Below the pieces are notes generated by a model that saw only the letters and a program-made list of their open reading frames with translations, was not told where the DNA came from and did not search any database. Positions 1 through 9,415 of a stretch of 64,000 nt of DNA are shown piece by piece. The stretch covers positions 1 to 64,000 of the forward strand of contig CAZJVP010000088.1 of assembly GCA_964549615.1 (NCBI GenBank), written 5' to 3'. The first letter of the stretch is position 1. The number at the start of each line of letters is the position of its first letter. The position numbers and the translations under genes are program-made. Source of the DNA: an uncultured Thermococci archaeon. GTDB taxonomy: Archaea > CAYQAE01 > CAYVLA01.

Positions 1-149
<149 letters not shown>

Positions 150-269
150 CTAGGAGAGCTGCGGGGCGCAACCCGGGCCCACGGCAGCCTCCCCCCGGCG
201 ATTGATAAGTACTTTTGCAGTTGACCGACCCACCGCGCCCACCGCACCGGCGCGCGAGTCAACTATCGG

Positions 270-1313
270 CTACCCTCTCGCAAACCCAAGATATGCGATT
301 GCCAGTATTGCCACCCCCGATGCACCGCACAGGAGTAGCACACTTGCCTGGACGCGGTTCTCTTGGCGGGCCTTGGCCTCCTCAGCCATCCTCATCTTCT
401 CAAACAACGGCCCCAGATTCTCCGCGAAGAACGCCGAACTTGCCTCCATGCGAGCTTTGAGGCCAGCGCCCTCGGCGAAGGGTTGGACTGCCCATGCCAG
501 GGACTCCCCAATGATTTGCCTGACGGCCGGAATCCCTAGGGAGTGGTTGTAGTACGTCAGGTCCTTTTCGTACTTGCCGAAGCCATCAGTGTGCTTGAGG
601 CCTGCGAAGGTTACTGACCTGCCTTGCTCGCGTTCGTACGCCACAACGGACGGCACGCTGGAGTACCCCCCAACGGTCTTGCAAACGTAGAGAACAGTCA
701 GGTTGCCCTCCTCTGGGGTCCACCATGCCCCCTCGCCGCCAGGCTTTCTGTAGACAAGCATCCCGTCCGCTGCGTCGAACCGATCTGGTGCTTGGGCGTT
801 GACAGGATGGTTCGACGCCTTTTCGTGCGTGTGCCTTAATGTGGTGACAGGCACCCTGCTCAACCTTCCAGCTGCGGACAAGTTCGCATCTAGGGGGAAT
901 ACCTCGCGGGAGATCCTTCCACAGTAGGGCGAATATCCAAGGCCCTGGATGCCGACGAGCCCAAGCCCCCGCTCGAAGGAGGAGACCACCTGGCTTGTGC
1001 GAAGAGGGGACAAGTACAGCTGCCCTCCTTCCCGGACGTTGAGAGCCACCACAGCACCGATGACATTGGGAAAGGTGAGCGCGTCCAGAAGGAAGGACCA
1101 GTCCCCCACGCCCACCACATAAACGGACTCGCCGTACCTTGACCTTACGTATTCCTCCGCAACCTTGACAAGCTCCCGGGTGTAGTTGGCCATGTATGCC
1201 ACCGGATAGGTCTGGCCATCGAAACAGCCCACCATGATTACCGGTGCGACGCCCCCTAAAGCGGCCGGCGCTATGAACATAATGAAAGCCAGGGATGCCC
1301 AACCTTTTCTCAC
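270..1313 (-). CDS. Secreted, C-terminally anchored protein with ThuA/class-I GATase-like domain (cassette gene C, copy 1)
   Basis: Signal peptide; GLGLVGI, HPV, YEREQGRSVTFAGLKH motifs; helical segment and C-terminal TM; clear paralog of 15937..16998. Confidence 0.75.
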   Translation of the reverse strand: MRKGWASLAFIMFIAPAALGGVAPVIMVGCFDGQTYPVAYMANYTRELVKVAEEYVRSRYGESVYVVGVGDWSFLLDALTFPNVIGAVVALNVREGGQLYLSPLRTSQVVSSFERGLGLVGIQGLGYSPYCGRISREVFPLDANLSAAGRLSRVPVTTLRHTHEKASNHPVNAQAPDRFDAADGMLVYRKPGGEGAWWTPEEGNLTVLYVCKTVGGYSSVPSVVAYEREQGRSVTFAGLKHTDGFGKYEKDLTYYNHSLGIPAVRQIIGESLAWAVQPFAEGAGLKARMEASSAFFAENLGPLFEKMRMAEEAKARQENRVQASVLLLCGASGVAILAIAYLGFARG

Positions 1314-1316
1314 AAG

Positions 1317-2189
1317 CTACTCCTCCGTACGTCCGTTCAAGATGACCCAATAGCCTGAAGCTTCCTTGGCCAGATCCCCGTCGGCGAAGGTCTCGACAAC
1401 CTCGAGGAAGCTCCGGGTCGCCACCCTGGTTTCGTATATGGACCTCGGCACATCGATCAGCCTCTGCTTGAGGACAAGAGTCACCCCGAAGACCCCTCCT
1501 TTGCTTACGTTCCAGAAGGCGACCGTGCCAAAGGGTGGGAGATCCCGCTCGATCGACAAACCGGCCCCGTCGGCCAGCGGAAGGTACTCTCGCGTATCGA
1601 CGCCTGCCTCGATTCTTGCAAGCTCGAGCAGATACTCCTTCGCCGCGAAGAGTTCAGAGTATCCCTCGTAGTAGGCAACGGCGTATCCAGATGCATTCAT
1701 GAGAACGGCGAATGTGGTGAGCGACTCGTTGTCCTGCTCGGGCGGAAAGATCGCCGAGTAAAGCTCGCCGAAATCCACCAAGACCAGTTTATGGTTTTTC
1801 CTGTTTGACACCGGCACCTCCCGAATGGCTACCAAATCCCGCGCGCCGACGCTTGAAAAGTACTCCAACCGATCCCTCACCCCGGGACACAGATTGAGCA
1901 GCTCCAACGTCGAATCGCTCCATGCCCTACCGGCTACGCCCGCCGGCAGTGCAGCCTCCAGAAGACACCTGAACCTGAACTCAAGGTTCCACAGATCCTT
2001 TCCGGCGCGGACCGCGATGGACACCGTCCTCGGCCGCTGCACGCTCGCGAAAAGGCTGTCCGGCCCCTCCAGAACCAGGATGTCAAGCGGCGGAGGCGTG
2101 CTCAGAATCCTGCTGCCCAAGGTCAGCGCGGTGGATGCCACTAGAAGAATCATGACCAACGCGATGTACCTTCGGCTCACCCTCGCCAT
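1317..2189 (-). CDS. Hypothetical N-terminally anchored extracellular protein (cassette gene B, copy 1)
   Basis: N-terminal TM; shares LEFRFRCL, NESLTTFA, EGYSE, VETFADG and ASGYWVI motifs with 15073..15936. Confidence 0.8.
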   Translation of the reverse strand: MARVSRRYIALVMILLVASTALTLGSRILSTPPPLDILVLEGPDSLFASVQRPRTVSIAVRAGKDLWNLEFRFRCLLEAALPAGVAGRAWSDSTLELLNLCPGVRDRLEYFSSVGARDLVAIREVPVSNRKNHKLVLVDFGELYSAIFPPEQDNESLTTFAVLMNASGYAVAYYEGYSELFAAKEYLLELARIEAGVDTREYLPLADGAGLSIERDLPPFGTVAFWNVSKGGVFGVTLVLKQRLIDVPRSIYETRVATRSFLEVVETFADGDLAKEASGYWVILNGRTEE

Positions 2190-2198
2190 CTCTGATCC

Positions 2199-3539
2199 TT
2201 ATCCCGGCCTGCTGAATTTTGTCGACTCCGTCGCCCGGTACAGCCTCCTCTTGATCATCAGGGTGTATAGGGTCGAGCCGCTCAAGAGGAGGGTACCGCT
2301 GGTTGCCATCCACTGGATGATGTAAGCGTAGAACATTGCGTCATCCTTTAACTTGAAGGCCATCCTCATCACTGTGTCCGCCTCGGCGGCCGCCTTCTGC
2401 AGGGTCTCGATCGCATCTTGATAATCGCCTGAGCTATACTCCAGTCGGGCGGCCTCGTATGTTCCCTTAAGTCTCGCCAAGGCCTGCTCAACCTTGTACG
2501 AGTTCGCCCCGAACTTCTCCGCCAGCTCCATTGTACCGACGATCAACAGCGTGGTCCTTCGCGACAGTTCAAACATCGTCCTCAGACGGTGCACAACTGC
2601 GATATCTTCGGGAAGCTTCCTACCGAAGGAATGGAATGCGATGTTGAGGAAGACGTCCTCGGCGTAGGGGTTGGGGCTAGGCCCGAAAGGCCACCACCAG
2701 GTATGGTCGAGATCGTCCGCGATGGCCCAGAACGTTCCTCCCTGTGGCCCAGGCTTCCAAGAGATTAGCCATGGCGCGGACACGCCGAAGTCGAAAACCT
2801 CGGCCTCAGCCCACACCGTTGACCCTTCCTTGGGAATGGGAGCTGTCTGGCCATCGCCCACAAACTTCTCGATGCCCAGCGGCCTGAACATGGACAAGAC
2901 AGGGGGGTCGTCCCTCAGTATCTTGATGTGGAAAGCGCCGCGCCCCTCGCGTTGGTCGCCGGTCAGCTTGATCGGAACCACATCGTGGAGCACGGAAGAC
3001 TGCCAGTCGTAGAAGTAGATCCTGCTGTAGCTTGCGAGATCCCCACCCAGGGTGACCAGCGCGGATATGCCCTTGTCCTGGAATCCCTCCTTCAGCCACT
3101 CAATCTGCGTGCCCGTGAAGGGCCTTATGTTGGCATCTGGGAAGACCACAAAATCGAATCGTTCGAACAGGTCTTGCTTGGTGCGCGGGAAGTAGATCCT
3201 TACATACTTCTTCGCCAGCTCGGGCGTGAGGCCCGAGTAGGACATGCCCGTGGGGTCGGTGGCAATGACCACATATCTGAAGGAAGGTTCGTCGTCCAAC
3301 CAAGCAGGCACGGGGCAGTCCTGCGGGAAAACCTGGCCGATGAGGAGGAAGTTCCTCTCAAAAGAGGCGGCTCCAGAACATAGACCCACCGCAAGAAAGA
3401 TCAGGACAACAAATGCTGCAACGATAAGGCTCTTGATCGCGCATTCGATATTCCCTCTGCTCATGCCTGCCGCACCTGACCGGGCAGATTCTCCAACGGC
3501 TACGATTGCCTTGGTGACCAAGATCCCGCGCGCATCCAA
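2199..3539 (-). CDS. Secreted GATase-like/coiled-coil/C-terminal TM protein (family A, copy 1); real start may be ATG 3464
   Basis: RIYFPRT, PKEGSTVWA, AEKFGAN and KRRLYR motifs shared with four other ORFs in the window. Confidence 0.8.
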   Translation of the reverse strand: MDARGILVTKAIVAVGESARSGAAGMSRGNIECAIKSLIVAAFVVLIFLAVGLCSGAASFERNFLLIGQVFPQDCPVPAWLDDEPSFRYVVIATDPTGMSYSGLTPELAKKYVRIYFPRTKQDLFERFDFVVFPDANIRPFTGTQIEWLKEGFQDKGISALVTLGGDLASYSRIYFYDWQSSVLHDVVPIKLTGDQREGRGAFHIKILRDDPPVLSMFRPLGIEKFVGDGQTAPIPKEGSTVWAEAEVFDFGVSAPWLISWKPGPQGGTFWAIADDLDHTWWWPFGPSPNPYAEDVFLNIAFHSFGRKLPEDIAVVHRLRTMFELSRRTTLLIVGTMELAEKFGANSYKVEQALARLKGTYEAARLEYSSGDYQDAIETLQKAAAEADTVMRMAFKLKDDAMFYAYIIQWMATSGTLLLSGSTLYTLMIKRRLYRATESTKFSRPG

Positions 3540-3700
3540 GGCGGGGCAATAAATGTCTTTCGAGGCCTAAGGCTGCGTTGAGCCAAGGGGCGTATGTTAT
3601 GCTCTCCCTCCAAACTTAGCGATGAAGGCCTGTGCAAGCTGTAACATCAGGTGGGGTTTACCCGACATAGGCCTGAGGCCTCAAACCTTCCAACCCCTGT

Positions 3701-5968
3701 TCAACCCCGGACCAGGGCTTCAGGGTTGAGGACCTCGACCCTTCCTTGGTCGCACAGAAAGGATCTGTGGAAGTAGTATATGTTGCCGTTCTCCGCGCCC
3801 ACGATCAAGTCAAGCTCCCCATCGCCGTCCCAGTCGACCGCATGGGGCGAGCAGCAGTGGTGTCCAAGGTCGATGGGCTCCGCCCCCTGCGTCCGGACGA
3901 AGACCGGCCTCTTGAACACCGGTTTGTCGCGGGAACCGACGTTCTCTAAGAAAAGCACGGAAGTGTGCACGTAGGGGTGCAGAAGCGGCGTTGCCTCATG
4001 CGCCCCGAAGAGTATGTCCCAGTCGCCATCCCCATCCCAGTCGGCAGCGCACAGCTGGGTCCGCCCGACCTTGCCGCCGACGCTATCCAGCTTAATCTCG
4101 GAGCCGTCAACGTATTTCGGCCTAACGCCGTTTTCGAGGATGAGCCTGCCCTTCCTTCTCCTTCTCCAATGAACCGTCAGGTAGCCTTCCTTATCAAGGC
4201 AGGCGTAGTCCACCAGTCCGTCGCCGTCCAGATCCTCAGCGATCGGCCGCGTCCTCCAGACCGTGCGGAGTTCCCTTCCGCCAACCCTCAGCGGCCGAGG
4301 ACGGTCCAGGACTGGCCTGCCCTTCCTCCCCACGTTTCTGTAGAACAGGTGTTCACCCTTGACATCGCTGAGCAGGATGTCCTGCCGGCCATCCCCGTCC
4401 CAGTCCGCCACGACGGGGCAGGTGTATCCCCACTTGGCCTCGTTTGGGCCCTGGATCGACCCGCGCCGCCCAGCCTGGATCCTGATGGTTTCACCTGCGG
4501 CCTCCAGGCGAACCGCCTGCTTGAACCGGGGCCTCCTCCTAGTGCCCACGTTCTCGAAGAACTCAACGTAACCCGCTGCGCAACCCACGATCAGATCGAG
4601 GTCTCCGTCCTCGTCCCAGTCCACGGCGCTCGGGACCGCTGCAACCCCCGTGCCTAGGCAAGGGTTCCTTTGCTTCAGCGTGCGAGGGGAAGAAAACACG
4701 GGGGGCCTTACGCCGGGCTTTTGATTCTTGCAAAAGTAGACGTACCCGTCCTCGGACCCAAAGACTAGGTCTGGGACGCCGTCCCCGTCAAGGTCGTGCA
4801 CGATGGGCTCGGTCATGCACTGCGGGTTGAGCAGCAGACTTCCGTCCAGCTGCCTAAGGTAAACCGCTTTCTTCAGCCGCGGCTTGCCAGGCCGGCCGAC
4901 GTTCTCAAGGTATGCGATCCTGTCCAGATGTTCCCCGAAAACTACGTCGACGTCGCCATCGCCGTCCAAGTCGCCCGCCCCGAGCTTTCCCCCGCCTCGC
5001 AGATCCACCTTGGACCTTCCGGCGGGGAGGTATACCGGCTCGGCGAAGACGGGCTTGTCCGGCGTCCCGACGTTTCGGCACAACATGATGCTTGAGTGCT
5101 CCCTTCCGCCAAGCCACCGGCCCGTCCTGGAATATCCCTTGCCGTATCCAACCCCACATTCCTTGTTCTGCCACGGGTTCTCCCCGCCCGGCCAGTACTC
5201 CGAGCTGTCGTTCACCCCTACGAGCAAGTCCTTCAGCCCGTCCCCCTCCCAGTCCACGACCTCAACGCTGGCCATGTTGGGAACCTGTAGGACCGAAGAC
5301 TCCGTCCGAAGGTAGTCCCTCTCCTCAAAGACGGGATCCTTGTTGGTGCCGGCGTTCTGCACGAAAAGGACCCGCCCACCTTGGGCGCAGACTAGATCCG
5401 TCCTACCATCGCCGTCCCAGTCAACAGTATCCGCGGTAAGGTAGGGCAGGAAGATCCTTCTCGGCGCATCGAACAGGAGGCTAGGAGCAGCCTGAAGCCT
5501 CCTGCAAAGAAACATGCCTCCCTGGAAGCCGGTGGTGGTGCACAGCAAGTTGTCGCGTCCAAGCTCGTCCGTGAACGCCTGCGGCCTGCTGATCAGGCCC
5601 AGGTGCAGGTCACCAATGAACTCGGGAATCCCATGCCGCATGGCATCGCCGGTGCCGAAGCCGACGCTCGACCCTTGCTGCCCTCCCCGATGGGAGTCGT
5701 GTATCTCGACCGAGTACCGAGATCCGTTCCCTCTGGAGTCCCAGCGTATCTCCAGGCACTTGCCGTCCTCAGAGAACCTAAGCCCGCACGGCTGCGGGCG
5801 CCCGCAGCCCGATTCGCGCTGCTCCCGAATCCTCACCTTGAGCTCGGGCTCAACCCGACCATGGAGGTTGCCGAACACAGGCTCCGCATCGATCTTCAAA
5901 ACAACGGGGTATCTGCCCCACGGCCGCGAGAATCCCGAGACCGTAGTCTCGAGTTTAAGGGATGACAT
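3701..5968 (-). CDS. FG-GAP/VCBS repeat beta-propeller protein
   Basis: Many DWDGDGxxDL(I/V)xG Ca-binding repeats, each followed by xxNxGxxxxPxF; start uncertain (ORF track gives 5995). Confidence 0.85.
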   Translation of the reverse strand: MSSLKLETTVSGFSRPWGRYPVVLKIDAEPVFGNLHGRVEPELKVRIREQRESGCGRPQPCGLRFSEDGKCLEIRWDSRGNGSRYSVEIHDSHRGGQQGSSVGFGTGDAMRHGIPEFIGDLHLGLISRPQAFTDELGRDNLLCTTTGFQGGMFLCRRLQAAPSLLFDAPRRIFLPYLTADTVDWDGDGRTDLVCAQGGRVLFVQNAGTNKDPVFEERDYLRTESSVLQVPNMASVEVVDWEGDGLKDLLVGVNDSSEYWPGGENPWQNKECGVGYGKGYSRTGRWLGGREHSSIMLCRNVGTPDKPVFAEPVYLPAGRSKVDLRGGGKLGAGDLDGDGDVDVVFGEHLDRIAYLENVGRPGKPRLKKAVYLRQLDGSLLLNPQCMTEPIVHDLDGDGVPDLVFGSEDGYVYFCKNQKPGVRPPVFSSPRTLKQRNPCLGTGVAAVPSAVDWDEDGDLDLIVGCAAGYVEFFENVGTRRRPRFKQAVRLEAAGETIRIQAGRRGSIQGPNEAKWGYTCPVVADWDGDGRQDILLSDVKGEHLFYRNVGRKGRPVLDRPRPLRVGGRELRTVWRTRPIAEDLDGDGLVDYACLDKEGYLTVHWRRRRKGRLILENGVRPKYVDGSEIKLDSVGGKVGRTQLCAADWDGDGDWDILFGAHEATPLLHPYVHTSVLFLENVGSRDKPVFKRPVFVRTQGAEPIDLGHHCCSPHAVDWDGDGELDLIVGAENGNIYYFHRSFLCDQGRVEVLNPEALVRG

Positions 5969-5993
5969 ATGACCATGCATGGAGAGCCTATAC

Positions 5994-6027
5994 AAAAAGA
6001 GAATGCGGACCGGCTCGCCCGGCCCGC
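5994..6027 (-). terminator. Hairpin plus U-rich tract after the 6039..7520 gene
   Basis: Minus strand GCGGGCCGG-GCGAG-CCGGTCCGC (9 bp, one G-U) followed by ATTCTCTTTTT. Confidence 0.55.
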
Positions 6028-6038
6028 TTAAGCTAGCT

Positions 6039-7520
6039 TCACTCTCTGCGCCTGATTCCTATCGCGAGTGGAATCAACGCCAGCAATGCCAGGGACATGG
6101 CTTCAGGAACGGGTAGCTGCGGCATCCCTTGGAGGTCTGGGGTCGCGCCATACCTCGGGAACGTCATCAGGTTGGGATTGATCCGCGCGCCGGTTGTGAA
6201 GGCGGCGTAGTAGCCCATGTTGTCGCTTGTGTACCAGTTCCAAAGGATGTCGACCATGCCGTCGCCCTCGAGGTCGCAAACCTCGGGGACCATGATCGAG
6301 ACTGCACCGGTGTATCCCTGCTTGTTCGCATTCCAAGGCTCAAAGACCTCATTGCCATCCTTGTCCCAGATGTACAGTATCCCTCCGCCTGCCTTGTCGT
6401 AGGTCCCAAGAAGTATCTCCAGGTTCCCGTCGTTGTTGACGTCGGCCATTGCACAACCATAGCCAACCCTGGTCGAGGTGTTCTTCTTCCAGATCAGCTT
6501 GCCTTCGTGGTCCAAAAGGTAGAAGAACCCCGGTTCGCCGGCCTGGAAGGCGACCTCAAGGAACCCGTCCTTGTTGACATCGCCGACCGCGGCCTGGCAC
6601 CTGATGTTCTTGCCCTCGGATCCGTCCTCAGGCAGCGTGAAGCGCCAGAGCTCCGTCCCATAGAAGCTCAGGCAGAACATCCTGCCCGTGGGTATCTGGT
6701 CGCCTGCGGCATCAGCGCTGCCCACGATTATCTCCATTTCGCCGTCATTGTTTATGTCGCAGATGGTCGGCTGGTACCACATGCCTCCCGCCATCACGCC
6801 CGGGCCACCGAACCTCCATTCCTCGACGCCCTTGGGCGAGAAGACCCGGAGTCCTTCAGCTGTACCCCTGCTGACGACGATGATCTCGATCTCTCCGTCC
6901 TTGTCGATGTCGTACGCATTGGGAACGAAGTCTGTGTCCGACGCGAGGTCGACCTGCCAGATCTCCTCACCGTTCTGCTTCAGCATGGCCCACCAGTACT
7001 TGCCTCCGAAGGTGATCTCAAGCCCGGGGATGTCCGGGTAGAAGTCCCTAGCGATGGGCCCGCCGGCGAACGTTCCCGTGTTGCCCTTCCACTGAACGAA
7101 GTTGAACCGCACCTTGCCGTCCCAAGTCAGGCTGGCGATTGCATCCGGGCTTCTGGCAGAGAAGGTGATGTCCGCCTTGCCATCGAGGTCAAGGTCCGCA
7201 ATGCAAGCGGGCCTGAGCATGTCTGCCCAAGGCTCCTTGTCCAGCGTGGGCCAGACCCATCTCAGGCTCCCGTCGTAGTTGCAGCAGATGACCCTCTTGA
7301 TGGCCTCTGTGCCGAAGATGATCTCCTTCTTGCCGTCGCCGTCGAAGTCGTAGGTAACATGCTGGCCCCATCGGACCTTGCCTTGTTCGTTTACGCCCAA
7401 CACCTGGGAAACGTTCTTGACCCATTTGACCGTAAGCTGTGGGGCTGCCGAGACTGTCACGATCAGTGCACCCGTCAGAACTGCGAAGACTAGCATTCCA
7501 GCAAGTTTCCGTGTGTTCAT
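6039..7520 (-). CDS. Secreted FG-GAP repeat protein with PEP/PEF-CTERM-like sorting signal
   Basis: Signal peptide; DxDxDGxxEI repeats; C-terminus PQLPVPEAMSLALLALIPLAIGIRRRE (VPE motif, hydrophobic helix, basic tail). Confidence 0.85.
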   Translation of the reverse strand: MNTRKLAGMLVFAVLTGALIVTVSAAPQLTVKWVKNVSQVLGVNEQGKVRWGQHVTYDFDGDGKKEIIFGTEAIKRVICCNYDGSLRWVWPTLDKEPWADMLRPACIADLDLDGKADITFSARSPDAIASLTWDGKVRFNFVQWKGNTGTFAGGPIARDFYPDIPGLEITFGGKYWWAMLKQNGEEIWQVDLASDTDFVPNAYDIDKDGEIEIIVVSRGTAEGLRVFSPKGVEEWRFGGPGVMAGGMWYQPTICDINNDGEMEIIVGSADAAGDQIPTGRMFCLSFYGTELWRFTLPEDGSEGKNIRCQAAVGDVNKDGFLEVAFQAGEPGFFYLLDHEGKLIWKKNTSTRVGYGCAMADVNNDGNLEILLGTYDKAGGGILYIWDKDGNEVFEPWNANKQGYTGAVSIMVPEVCDLEGDGMVDILWNWYTSDNMGYYAAFTTGARINPNLMTFPRYGATPDLQGMPQLPVPEAMSLALLALIPLAIGIRRRE

Positions 7521-7962
7521 TTTTCTCCTCCGTTTCGAAATAGCGCCTGCTCCTGCCTCCTATCAGCAGGATCGCAGTGGCTCTGGACGAGAAGACCTCT
7601 GCTAAAAAATCTATCGCGGAGGCCAGGCCAGGCCACGCTAAGGCGAAAAAGGCGAGAAGTCTGGCGAGAAAAGGATCTTTCCCCTACGCGGCCGCAAAGG
7701 AGAACCCGCCAGATGCTTCTTCCCTGCCGCCTGAAGGGAAGATGACACGGGCTGCGCCTTGCTTGGCCGTCAGTGATCACCCAGAGAACCAAGAATCTTA
7801 CAGCCAATGGCCCAAGAGCCAGCGGGGTTCTTCCCACGGCGGACGGACAGAGGACAGCTTCGGCCGGCGCCAAAAGACTCCGAGGCGAGGATCTCCGACG
7901 GAAAGCATGCCGGCAAATAACATATAAGAGGGTTTCCCCGGGGCTGGGGGCACCCGGGAGGA

Positions 7963-9309
7963 ATGGCGCTGCATCGATACGCTGTCCTGTTGGCGCTTCT
8001 GGCTTGGACGCCGGTGGTCCTTGCAAACGGAGTCCCAAATTTCACGACCTATGGCCAAGCGAACGGTCTGGTGGGGGACGTGGTGTCAGCGATCGCAGCA
8101 AACGCCAAGGACGTCTACGTCAACAGCTGGTACCCGACAACGAGCGGGGCGAATGGCGGGATCAGCACATACTCGTTCAAGACCGATAGTTGGACCTCCT
8201 ACGGAAGGAGCGAGGGGCTCGCCGCTGACGTGTTGCAGGGGCTGGGGCTTGACCCACAAGGAAACCTATGGATCTGCCACGCATTCGGCGTACAGGTCTT
8301 CGACACGTCAAAGCGACAGTTCGTAGCCTCGTATGGGCCGGATCAAGGCCTGATGGGCGCGGCTGAGGATGTGGCATTCCAAGGAGACAACCTGGTGTGG
8401 GTGGCGACCAGCGAGGGAGTGGGGAGGTTCGACAGGTCGAAAAAGGAGTGGAAGATGTTCACGACGAAGGATGGCATCGTGAGCAACAAGGTTTTCAGCC
8501 TGGCCGTCGATGGCGAAGTTCTTTGGATAGGAACGGGCTCGGGACTAACTAGGTTCAACACGGCTAGCGGCGAGTGGAAGAGCTACACAACCGCTGACGG
8601 GTTGGCGGACGACATCATCAACAAGGTTACCGTAACGGACAAGCACGTCTGGCTGGCCACGCGCAGCGGCCTAAGCAGGCTGGACAAGAAGAAGGGAACG
8701 GTGAAGAACTTCGGCAAGGCCGACGGCCTCCCGTCCAGCAACGTGGTTGACGTGGTTCTCTTTCGCGGCCGCGTCTGGGTAGCAACCTCCGACGGAGTGG
8801 GCAAGTACGAGGGCAGGTGGAAGATAGTCGGCGAGAAGGATGGCCTTCCTGTGAGCAAGGTGAACTGCATAGCGGCCCAGAAGGACTACATCTGGTTCGG
8901 CACGCCGCAGGGCGTAGCAAGATACGGCCCCCTAGGCCCGGGCCTGAGCTTCGGCAGCCCCTATTTCCTGATTATTGTGGTCGGCCTCGTCCTCGGCGGA
9001 GTGCTCGTAGTGTTGAGGCCGGGCGCGAGGAAGGCCAAGGAAGAGGCAGCGCGAAGGAAGCCCGAGCAAAGCGAGGCCGCCCCCACCCGGAAGCCCCCCT
9101 ACGAGGCCTGCGGCGGAGTGCCCCAGAGACAGCTATGTACGAGGTGCAAGTACTACACGCTCAAGGGCAGCGCCTTGAACTGCGCCAAGCACAAGATCCC
9201 CATAGCCTTCCCGGACGAGAGCGAGGGCAAGAGGCTCAGGCAGATGAGCAAAGGAGTGCCCGAGACAAGGCCCGACCAGAAGGAACGGGAAGAACCGAAG
9301 CAAAGCTGA
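7963..9309 (+). CDS. Single-pass membrane protein with two-component-regulator-type beta-propeller and cytoplasmic Cys/His cluster
   Basis: Signal peptide; repeats YTTxDGLxxxxV...W(V/I)(A/G)TxxG(V/L)xR; TM; C-x8-CxxC-x11-CxxH tail. Confidence 0.8.
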   Translation: MALHRYAVLLALLAWTPVVLANGVPNFTTYGQANGLVGDVVSAIAANAKDVYVNSWYPTTSGANGGISTYSFKTDSWTSYGRSEGLAADVLQGLGLDPQGNLWICHAFGVQVFDTSKRQFVASYGPDQGLMGAAEDVAFQGDNLVWVATSEGVGRFDRSKKEWKMFTTKDGIVSNKVFSLAVDGEVLWIGTGSGLTRFNTASGEWKSYTTADGLADDIINKVTVTDKHVWLATRSGLSRLDKKKGTVKNFGKADGLPSSNVVDVVLFRGRVWVATSDGVGKYEGRWKIVGEKDGLPVSKVNCIAAQKDYIWFGTPQGVARYGPLGPGLSFGSPYFLIIVVGLVLGGVLVVLRPGARKAKEEAARRKPEQSEAAPTRKPPYEACGGVPQRQLCTRCKYYTLKGSALNCAKHKIPIAFPDESEGKRLRQMSKGVPETRPDQKEREEPKQS

Positions 9310-9415
9310 GCCACCTTTTCGTCCGATCCTGCCACAAGACAAGGCCCAAAAAATCATCAGGGACAAACCCCACGGCCCCATCCCCGCGGCGCGTGGCGAT
9401 GCCTCGAAGACCGTG

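Noticed and set aside
6129-7493. Long antisense or alternate-frame ORFs (for example 6129..7493, 10483..11688, 31137..32057, 36666..37670, 54401..55363)
   Set aside because: Shadows of real genes in GC-rich DNA; no recognisable motifs
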